Of a DNA stretch of 64,000 nucleotides, positions 8,060 to 15,649 are shown piece by piece (the first letter of the stretch is position 1; every line of letters starts with the position of its first letter). Under the pieces are notes generated by a model. It searched no databases. It saw nothing but the letters and a program-made list of their open reading frames with translations, and was not told the origin of the DNA. Made by a program: the position numbers and the translations under genes. This DNA is from Flavobacteriales bacterium (GTDB lineage Bacteria; Bacteroidota; Bacteroidia; NS11-12g; UBA955), in the NCBI GenBank assembly GCA_947447955.1, contig CANFLS010000002.1:9072-73071 (forward strand). The letters run 5' to 3'.

Positions 8060-9775
8060 TTATATAGCATGTACCCTACCAAATTCATCTATCCTAAATA
8101 AATTCAAATCCTTAAAAATTTGCATCATCATTCGACTTTGTTTAGCATCTATATCATAATTATCCTGAAGAATCCATTCTAAATCCAAATAATAAACCTC
8201 TTCCTGTCTAAAAATACCAGGCCCTGTTTTGAAAAAATCTTCTGCAGCCAAATAGAAATTTTCGTCTTCACCATATACAGAACTACCAATCCTGTCATGT
8301 ATAAATTTTATAATTGGGTCAAGAACATATTCTGTTTCTGATTCAGGCAAAACCAAAATTTCAGGGTTGAAATCGAAACTACCTTCACCTTCTTTTCCTA
8401 GTAAATCTTGAGTGTTGAAGGTAACACGTTCATTTAATTTCAAAATTACATTTTCGCAATTTCCATTACTTCGGCGAAATCCTTCATTTGCCTGAGAGAT
8501 CTCTTTATTACCCTCACCTTCAAAATTCACTATGGTTTGAGGGCTGAAGGTTGAAGCATCTGGATTTTCTGCTGTATCAAATATATTTTCGTTACCATCA
8601 CCTTCAACTTTTTCTTGGGTATTTGGTGTGAAGGTTGTTTTTGTCTCAGCATTTATTTCCGAAGAATCTTTGGGGGCAAATTCATCAAGATAGTAAAGTC
8701 CTTTTACATTTTTAACTCTTTCTATTGTTGCCAAATCTCTTAAACGACGTTCGGCCGTTGTTAATGATACATTTAAAAAAGTTTTAATTTTTAGACACGT
8801 AGTTTTAAACGGAAAACCTTTATCTTTAAATATCATGAATAAATCGGACTCAGTTAATTCTTGTTTGCTTTTTTTAACGTTACTATTCATTGATTCCCAA
8901 TTACCCATAACATCAAAGGTTAATGTTTCCTCTTCAAACTCAACTGGGAGTCTATTTTCCTTGTAAAAGTTGGATGTATAATTTCCTTTGGCTACGTTAA
9001 AAAACTTTTGTCCACTTTCGTTTCTAGATAAATATAATGCATATCTAACTTTTTGGGTTAACCCACTACCGCCTTGTATTAATTCTTGAGATGGATTACT
9101 CTTGTATCCAGCTTTATTAACGTGATGAACAAAAAGAAGAGCCAATCTATGGGTTCTGACTAATTCATCAAACGCTTTGATGTCCCGCCTCATCTGAATA
9201 TTGCTGTTTGTATCGGAACCAGAAAATATATCTCCAAACGCATCTACAATAATTAGATCGACTGGATTTTCTTCACAGAATAAAGACAACTTCTTTATTA
9301 ATTCAGTGATTGTTTCATCGGTTAAAAAAGCCAAGCTAAGATTGTTTTTATCAAGATCTACATGTTTCAGCAATTGCTTGTTTAAACTGCTACTAACGGC
9401 ATCCTCTTGGTCTTCCGTAAAAACATAAAGAACCCGATTGTGAATCGGTTTTAATCTCTGGCCCAAATATTCGGTAGAGCCTTTTGCAATTGTTATAGCC
9501 AATTCTTTAGCTAGTTGAGATTTTCCCATATCAGGAGGTCCAACCAATAATCCTGTTCCTGTGCGAGGAATTAGGTTATCCCATAAGAAGTCCGTTTCTT
9601 TTCCATCAAAGGATGCCAAAAGTTCGGTAGCTGTGTAAACTAATAAGCTACTTTTAGTTTTAACAGCGGTTGTGATTGAACTAACGTTGGTTTGTTCGTG
9701 TGCTCCAGATGAATCTTTCCGATACTCTGAGCTTTTTATTAAATTACTCATAATTGAATGCAAAATTGGCAGCAT
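8060..9775 (-). CDS. AAA_25/RepA-like P-loop ATPase (primase-associated replicative helicase of integrative elements)
   Basis: Walker A 'GPPDMGKS' and Walker B 'LIIVDAF' in a RecA-like core, with a long C-terminal extension. It sits in the position typical of element replication modules, near the integrase and excisionase-like genes. Confidence 0.6.
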   Translation of the reverse strand: MLPILHSIMSNLIKSSEYRKDSSGAHEQTNVSSITTAVKTKSSLLVYTATELLASFDGKETDFLWDNLIPRTGTGLLVGPPDMGKSQLAKELAITIAKGSTEYLGQRLKPIHNRVLYVFTEDQEDAVSSSLNKQLLKHVDLDKNNLSLAFLTDETITELIKKLSLFCEENPVDLIIVDAFGDIFSGSDTNSNIQMRRDIKAFDELVRTHRLALLFVHHVNKAGYKSNPSQELIQGGSGLTQKVRYALYLSRNESGQKFFNVAKGNYTSNFYKENRLPVEFEEETLTFDVMGNWESMNSNVKKSKQELTESDLFMIFKDKGFPFKTTCLKIKTFLNVSLTTAERRLRDLATIERVKNVKGLYYLDEFAPKDSSEINAETKTTFTPNTQEKVEGDGNENIFDTAENPDASTFSPQTIVNFEGEGNKEISQANEGFRRSNGNCENVILKLNERVTFNTQDLLGKEGEGSFDFNPEILVLPESETEYVLDPIIKFIHDRIGSSVYGEDENFYLAAEDFFKTGPGIFRQEEVYYLDLEWILQDNYDIDAKQSRMMMQIFKDLNLFRIDEFGRVHAI

Positions 9776-9800
9776 TCAAGCACTTAACATTCACCCAATT

Positions 9801-10598
9801 TTAAGGTGAATTTTCACTATCGTATTGACTAATAGCATTATGAATGCTTTTTGTAAATTCTTTTAGACGCTCAAATCCTGCATTTTCTGTGTCGCTCATT
9901 ACTGAATTATCGATAGGATTACCTTTTACATCCAATTTCAAAGAAGGCTTTTGTCGTTTTTTAATTCTATTCCAAGCTGTGATAGTATCTTTATATGAGT
10001 TTTCGATATCTAACCTACCGTTATAAAAAAATCCACTTTTGAATATCAAATCTTTAAGGTTGGACATGTCTATTTCCTCCGTTTCTTTTTTAAACGCTCC
10101 AAACTCTTTCAAACTATACAAAACCATCAAAACCTCCCTGTAAGTCCACTTCCAGTTTATAAATTCAATATCTTCCGTAACAAATGGGTAAGCGACTAAA
10201 ATATGGTCAAATTTATTTTTTAAATTAATCCTTACATATTTTATCACATATTTTTTCTTATCTAATTTCAGTCGTTTATTTTCATTTATCAAATCGACAA
10301 GTTTTCTTTGGACCCATTCCAAAAACTTGGCTTTGTAATCCATTTCTGTATAAAATGCCAACTGCACACTTATAGAATTAATTAAAGTTTCCATTTGAGA
10401 TTGAATTATTTCATCCGCAAAATCATCGCCATCCTTCAAATTTTTTAACCATTGTGAAAATTCCTTTAGGGTTTTCTTAAAATCTGCAAATTCACCAGCA
10501 ACTGTTTGTGTCATATTCAAATATATAAAACATTCCCCCAAAACAAAAAAGGTGTCCTTACCAAGAACACCCTTTTCATCTAAAACCACAACCAACAA
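9801..10598 (-). CDS. Hypothetical protein (element-encoded)
   Basis: 265-aa ORF between the helicase and the HTH gene. No motif recognised. Confidence 0.4.
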   Translation of the reverse strand: MLVVVLDEKGVLGKDTFFVLGECFIYLNMTQTVAGEFADFKKTLKEFSQWLKNLKDGDDFADEIIQSQMETLINSISVQLAFYTEMDYKAKFLEWVQRKLVDLINENKRLKLDKKKYVIKYVRINLKNKFDHILVAYPFVTEDIEFINWKWTYREVLMVLYSLKEFGAFKKETEEIDMSNLKDLIFKSGFFYNGRLDIENSYKDTITAWNRIKKRQKPSLKLDVKGNPIDNSVMSDTENAGFERLKEFTKSIHNAISQYDSENSP

Positions 10599-10877
10599 CT
10601 ACGCACACTCCCTACACTTAACTTTATTCTTCTCCATTTGCTCGTAGACGGAGTTTATGTCGTAATAATACATATTACCATACAATGTGAATGTAAGAGC
10701 TCCATTGATCCTTAAATCGGTTAATTTGGTGGTTGAAATTTGAAGCAGTTCTTTGACTTCTGCTCCTTTTAACCATTGTCTGGGATTTCTCTCATTTTGT
10801 AACAAGTCTGTCATAGCTGCTATCATCTCTGCTTTGAACTTGCTGAAGTGTTCTTCAGTAACTAAATCTATTTTCAT
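10599..10877 (-). CDS. Helix-turn-helix DNA-binding protein (excisionase/Xis-like, HTH_17 type)
   Basis: 92 aa with a 'WLKGAEVKELLQISTTKLTDLRINGAL' HTH motif. It lies immediately upstream of the integrase, which is the usual Bacteroidota int-xis arrangement. Confidence 0.6.
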   Translation of the reverse strand: MKIDLVTEEHFSKFKAEMIAAMTDLLQNERNPRQWLKGAEVKELLQISTTKLTDLRINGALTFTLYGNMYYYDINSVYEQMEKNKVKCRECA

Positions 10878-10879
10878 GA

Positions 10880-12208
10880 TTAAATAATTTTTTGTAATTG
10901 TGGTGCTTGTTCAGAATCTTCATTCGAATTGTCTTCATCTGGCCATTGGGTAGTCAGTTCTCTCAGTTTTACCATTTCCCCCAATATTTTCTGATTCGTT
11001 ACCTTGGCGTAAATCTGCGTTGTTTTGATATCAGAATGACCAAGCATCTTACTTACGCTTTCCATAGATATTCCCTGAGTCAAAGTTATGGTAGTAGCAA
11101 ACGTATGTCGAGCCAAATGTGTAGTAAGCGTTTTGTTGATTCCACATATATCTCCAATTTCTTTTAAATATGCATTCATCTTTTGATTGCTCAACACTGG
11201 CAACACTTTTTTATCAATTTCTCTAGCAGGATGGCCATTGTACTTTTTAATAATTCTCAATGCTGCTGGTAAAAGTGGAACATTAACACCATTGCCAGTT
11301 TTTTTACGTGATGTATTAACCCATTGTTCCCCATCTATTCCCATGGAGATTTGATCTATGGTTAACATTTTAATGTCGATATACGCTAATCCCGTATAAC
11401 AGCAAAACACAAAAATGTCCTTTACCATTTCTAACCGTTCATTTGAAAAAACCTTTGCTTCCAATACGCTCAATTCTTCCATTGTTAAATAGCCCCTGTT
11501 AACCTCCCTGATTTTTCCCTTGTACTTTACATATGGGTCTTTGCTAATCATTTCAGTATTTAAAGCATATCCAATAACCGTTCTAAAGTACTTTACATAT
11601 TTAACGGCCGCATTATTGCCAATTCCTTTATCCGTTCGTAAGAAGTGCTCAAAATCCATCAAATTGGAAAATTTAAAGTCGTCGACTGCGACATCTTGAA
11701 CGTTCAACTTTTTGTTCAAGAAATCAAGCAAATGAACTTTTAGGGTGCAATATTTTCGATATGTTAAATGACTGTATTCAATACCTACCAAATCTTTTCT
11801 AATGGCAATAAACCTTTCAAAGATTTCCATAAGGGTAACTCGTTTTTCTGGAGTGCCTAAGTAATGCTTTTTAATGTCATAGACGCTAATTGCATTGCCA
11901 TTACCTACCAACATGGAATACACCTGATAGATGTTGTTGTTAATGTCTCCTAAGCAAGAATTGATGGTTTTAGATTGCTCTGATGAACCTCTTGCCCTTT
12001 TGTTAATTTCACACCATTTGTTAGCTTCAATTTTCAAACCAGTGCTCATTTCAACCCTTTGAGAGTTAAGTGTGATTCGGACGTAAATAATTACTTTTTC
12101 GTCATTCGATGTTCTTGTTTTGCGTGTTGTAAAAATAACGCTGAAAGAATTGTACATTTTTTTACTAATTATATCCATAAAGTTACTACATTTTGCTTCG
12201 AAAGTCAA
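10880..12208 (-). CDS. int: Tyrosine-type site-specific integrase
   Basis: C-terminal catalytic region 'HLARHTFATTITLTQGISMESVSKMLGHSDIKTTQIYAKV' carries the R..H..R..Y signature. An N-terminal Arm-type domain is present. It is adjacent to the tRNA-Asp 3' end. Confidence 0.9.
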   Translation of the reverse strand: MTFEAKCSNFMDIISKKMYNSFSVIFTTRKTRTSNDEKVIIYVRITLNSQRVEMSTGLKIEANKWCEINKRARGSSEQSKTINSCLGDINNNIYQVYSMLVGNGNAISVYDIKKHYLGTPEKRVTLMEIFERFIAIRKDLVGIEYSHLTYRKYCTLKVHLLDFLNKKLNVQDVAVDDFKFSNLMDFEHFLRTDKGIGNNAAVKYVKYFRTVIGYALNTEMISKDPYVKYKGKIREVNRGYLTMEELSVLEAKVFSNERLEMVKDIFVFCCYTGLAYIDIKMLTIDQISMGIDGEQWVNTSRKKTGNGVNVPLLPAALRIIKKYNGHPAREIDKKVLPVLSNQKMNAYLKEIGDICGINKTLTTHLARHTFATTITLTQGISMESVSKMLGHSDIKTTQIYAKVTNQKILGEMVKLRELTTQWPDEDNSNEDSEQAPQLQKII

Positions 12209-12340
12209 GTGAAGTTTTCAACACTATCAACAATATAGCAATAACTTAGAGCCATCCGAGGGAGTCTTTTTTCGCCTAATGACATGACTCCCGAATTGCT
12301 CCCCCTAATGAGCTAATTTTACGGGTATTTTAGATTCGAC

Positions 12341-12380
12341 TAAAAACAAAAAACCCCGTAAACACTAGATTTACGGGGCT
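12341..12380 (-). terminator. Rho-independent terminator downstream of tRNA-Asp
   Basis: Hairpin 'ccccgtaaacactagatttacgggg' followed, on the minus strand, by a T-run. Confidence 0.5.
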
Positions 12381-12403
12381 TAATGATTAAATAATAATTT
12401 TAG

Positions 12404-12480
12404 TGGCGGTCTGGACGGGACTCGAACCCGCGACCCCATGCGTGACAGGCATGTATTCTAACCAGCTGAACTACCAAACC
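12404..12480 (-). tRNA. tRNA-Asp (anticodon GUC)
   Basis: Reverse complement 'GGTTTGGTAGTTCAGCTGGTTAGAATACATGCCTGTCACGCATGGGGGTCGCGGGTTCGAGTCCCGTCCAGACCGCCA'. It folds as a cloverleaf with anticodon loop 'CTGTCAC' and is near-identical to E. coli tRNA-Asp. Confidence 0.9.
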
Positions 12481-12611
12481 GTTTTCCTAATCAGATGTTC
12501 GTGATTGGGAGTGCAAAAATACTATTTTCAATGTCATTTCCAACTTTTTTTTTGATAATTTTAGAAAAAAATTCATTTTACCACTCCCGCTGCCGTATTT
12601 TCGCTATCACA

Positions 12612-15104
12612 ATGACTAAGAAAATATCCATTTTTGCCGCTTTAGTTGCTTGCTTTTCAATTGCTTCGGCGCAATTTCCCGAAATTAATTGCTACCACAA
12701 CGATCCAGGTGCACACGAACGAAATAGAAACATAGATGTTTCTCACATGCTCGTTGAGGTTTCTTTTAACCCCGCTCAAAAACAAGTTTTTGGTGTGGTT
12801 ACCCATACCTTCTCATCACTGCAAAACAATACCGACACCATTTTCTTTGATGCCCCCGGTATAAAAATCAATAAAGTTTGGCTCGATAACAAAGAAATTG
12901 GTTTTCGTACTAATTCTGAGGGACTTATTTGCCAAACAAATTTGAAAAACGATTTCAAAAAAGTTCACATCGTAAAAATTGACTATGCCGCTACCCCTGC
13001 AAAAGGAATCTATTTCATTGGATGGAATGTCCCTCAAATAGAAGATCCTGCAAACATGACACGACGCCAAATCTGGACCCAAGGACAAGGTATCGACAAC
13101 CGCCATTGGATTCCAATGATAGACGACCGTGGTGACAAATTTATTACCGAAACAAAAATTACCTTCCAAAGCGATTATAACGTTTTAAGCAATGGGAATC
13201 TGGTTTCAAAAACTATTGATGCCAAAGACAAATCAAAAACTACCTGGCATTATAAAATGCCAAAACCACATGCCGGTTATTTATTGATGTTGGCCATTGA
13301 CAAATACGCTGTAAAATCTACCAAAACCAAACGTGGAACACCAATGAATTTATGGTACTACCCTGAACATCCAGAACGTGTTGAGCCAACAAATTTATAC
13401 AGTGAAAAAATAATCGAGTTTTTAGAAGACGAAATTGGGGTGCCTTATCAATGGGGATCATATTCTCAAGTAATGGTGCAAGACTTCTTATATGGTGCCA
13501 TGGAAAACACAAGTGCTACCATATTTGGTGATTTCTTTTGGGTAGACAAACGAAGCTTTTTAGACAAAAACTACATTGGCGTGAACGCCCATGAAGCAAC
13601 CCACCAATGGTTTGGTGATTTGATTACCGGTCGTCACGATGGTGAACAATGGTTGCAAGAGAGTTTTGCAACTTTTTACCCTGGATTATTCAACGGTTCT
13701 GCCATTTCAAAATCAGAGATGGATTGGTATTTTAGAGGACAAATGCTAGGTGCCATTGCCGCAGGCAAAGCAAACTCTTTGCCCGTGCGACATAGCCAAG
13801 CAGGAAGTTCTAGACATTATCCGAAAGGAGCTTCTGTGTTATATATGTTGCAACATTTGTTAGGTCGCGATAATTTTAGACGCAGCATTCGATTGTATTT
13901 AGAGCGCAATATGTTTGCTACGGTTGAAACTTGGGATTTGCAAAAAGCAATAGTTGATGCTACGGGCATCAATATGGATTGGTTTTTTGACCAATGGATT
14001 CACCGCGGTGGAGAACCAAAGTTAAAAGTAAGCACTCAAAATGCGGTGCAAAACGGAGAAAATGGCATTGAATTCACGGTTGAACAAGTTCAAAAAATTG
14101 ACCCTGTTGTAGGTGTATTTAAAATGCCAACAGACATAGCAATCTACTTTAAAGATGGCAGTGTGCACCGCCAAACAGTCATGATTGACAAAGCGTTCCA
14201 AAAGTTCTTTGTCCCTACAAAAAATAAAGAAATCGCATTTAAATTGTATGATGAGGGAAGTTTTATTTTAAAGGAAATAGAATTTACAAAATCACCTGAA
14301 GAACTAATGGCTCAATTGGCAAAAGCTGAAAACATGCTTGATAGATATGATGCGTTGGTGGCTTTGAAAGGATTCAACAGCGTTATTTTGAACAATGAAA
14401 ACATAAGTAAGGCTTATGGATTGGCATTGATGAATGCTTGGCAAACAGAAACATACAAAGAGATGCGCACAGAAATTGCAAATCAATTCTTAAATATGGG
14501 AAACTTGCCTTTGCCATTGTACACCCAAATTGCAACAGACAAAATTACTGAAGTGCGCAGGGCATTTGTAAACAAAGCGCCTATCAATGAAGAGACAAAA
14601 GGATTGTTTGAAGCCGCGTTAACCGACAGCAGTTACTTAACAATTGAAGCTGCTTTGATGAAGATGTGGAACCATCAGATGTATCAAAATAAGCATAATA
14701 CGCTTTTAGATAAAATAAAAACTGTGAATGGCTATACAAATAACATCAAAGTAAGATATTGTGAATTGGCCAGTGAAACATATCCTGATATGAAAGGAAG
14801 TTTTATTGGTGCATTGGTAAGTATGAGCAGCGACAAATATGAGTTTAGAACCAGAATATTGGCAATGCAAGCTTTGCAACGTTTGAATTTTTTAAACGAT
14901 GACCTTGTTTTAAATTTATTTGAGGGAATGACCACTTTCAATAGCCGTTTGAATAGTCCAGCCATAGAAGTTGCTACTTATTTCAACAAACAAACGCAGT
15001 ATGCCAGATTATTTGCTAAAGTATTGCAATCATATAGTTTGAATGCCACTAATGAAGCTCAAAAAGCCAATGAAAAGAAAATTCGTCGGATTTTAGGATA
15101 TTAA
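12612..15104 (+). CDS. M1-family zinc aminopeptidase (aminopeptidase N-like), secreted
   Basis: 'GAMEN' exopeptidase motif and the 'HEATHQWFG...E' zincin motif. I placed the start at the Met preceding the signal peptide 'MTKKISIFAALVACFSIASAQ'. Confidence 0.85.
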   Translation: MTKKISIFAALVACFSIASAQFPEINCYHNDPGAHERNRNIDVSHMLVEVSFNPAQKQVFGVVTHTFSSLQNNTDTIFFDAPGIKINKVWLDNKEIGFRTNSEGLICQTNLKNDFKKVHIVKIDYAATPAKGIYFIGWNVPQIEDPANMTRRQIWTQGQGIDNRHWIPMIDDRGDKFITETKITFQSDYNVLSNGNLVSKTIDAKDKSKTTWHYKMPKPHAGYLLMLAIDKYAVKSTKTKRGTPMNLWYYPEHPERVEPTNLYSEKIIEFLEDEIGVPYQWGSYSQVMVQDFLYGAMENTSATIFGDFFWVDKRSFLDKNYIGVNAHEATHQWFGDLITGRHDGEQWLQESFATFYPGLFNGSAISKSEMDWYFRGQMLGAIAAGKANSLPVRHSQAGSSRHYPKGASVLYMLQHLLGRDNFRRSIRLYLERNMFATVETWDLQKAIVDATGINMDWFFDQWIHRGGEPKLKVSTQNAVQNGENGIEFTVEQVQKIDPVVGVFKMPTDIAIYFKDGSVHRQTVMIDKAFQKFFVPTKNKEIAFKLYDEGSFILKEIEFTKSPEELMAQLAKAENMLDRYDALVALKGFNSVILNNENISKAYGLALMNAWQTETYKEMRTEIANQFLNMGNLPLPLYTQIATDKITEVRRAFVNKAPINEETKGLFEAALTDSSYLTIEAALMKMWNHQMYQNKHNTLLDKIKTVNGYTNNIKVRYCELASETYPDMKGSFIGALVSMSSDKYEFRTRILAMQALQRLNFLNDDLVLNLFEGMTTFNSRLNSPAIEVATYFNKQTQYARLFAKVLQSYSLNATNEAQKANEKKIRRILGY

Positions 15105-15151
15105 TATCCGATTTCTATAAACTTTGGCATATGGTTTGCTTATATTCGAGT

Positions 15152-15469
15152 ATGCCAAAGTTTCTAATTATAATCGCACTTATGTTCTCAGGACTAAACA
15201 GTGTATTGGCTGATATACCAAAAGTAAATGCCATACCAAATCCTGCATCAACAATATTAAATATTCAAGTTAGCAATACAGATTTAAGCGATATAAAAAT
15301 CAAACTTTTTTCTGTTTTAGGAAGTGAAGTTACAAATTTAGAAATTCATGAAACCGACAATAAAGGCGGATATTCTTTGAATGTAAGTCAAATACAGGAT
15401 GGTATTTATCTATTAACAGTTCAAAGCGGAAAAGAACAAGTAACAAAGCGAATTAAAATACAACATTAA
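15152..15469 (+). CDS. Small secreted protein made essentially of a T9SS type-A C-terminal sorting domain
   Basis: Signal peptide 'MPKFLIIIALMFSGLNSVLA' followed by a roughly 80-aa CTD-like beta-sandwich ending 'GIYLLTVQSGKEQVTKRIKIQH'. Confidence 0.55.
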   Translation: MPKFLIIIALMFSGLNSVLADIPKVNAIPNPASTILNIQVSNTDLSDIKIKLFSVLGSEVTNLEIHETDNKGGYSLNVSQIQDGIYLLTVQSGKEQVTKRIKIQH

Positions 15470-15520
15470 ATTTAAATATGCCTATTTAATTGCAATAAAT
15501 TTTATAAAAATTAATGAAAA

Positions 15521-15550
15521 AATCTCAATGTAAGTTGAGATTTTTTTTTG
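15521..15550 (+). terminator. Rho-independent terminator
   Basis: Hairpin 'atctcaatgtaagttgagat' followed by a T9 run. Confidence 0.6.
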
Positions 15551-15649
15551 CCACAGCATTGAATTTTGAAGAAAATGCAACAAAAAACAACCGTTTCCTT
15601 TGATTTTTGACAAAAAAACGATTAATTAGCGTTTTATTTAGGATAAATA

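Noticed and set aside
12209-12403. Expected att core or direct repeat of the element within the int-tRNA spacer
   Set aside because: I can see the tRNA terminator hairpin but cannot identify the att repeat without the other element end, which lies outside the window.
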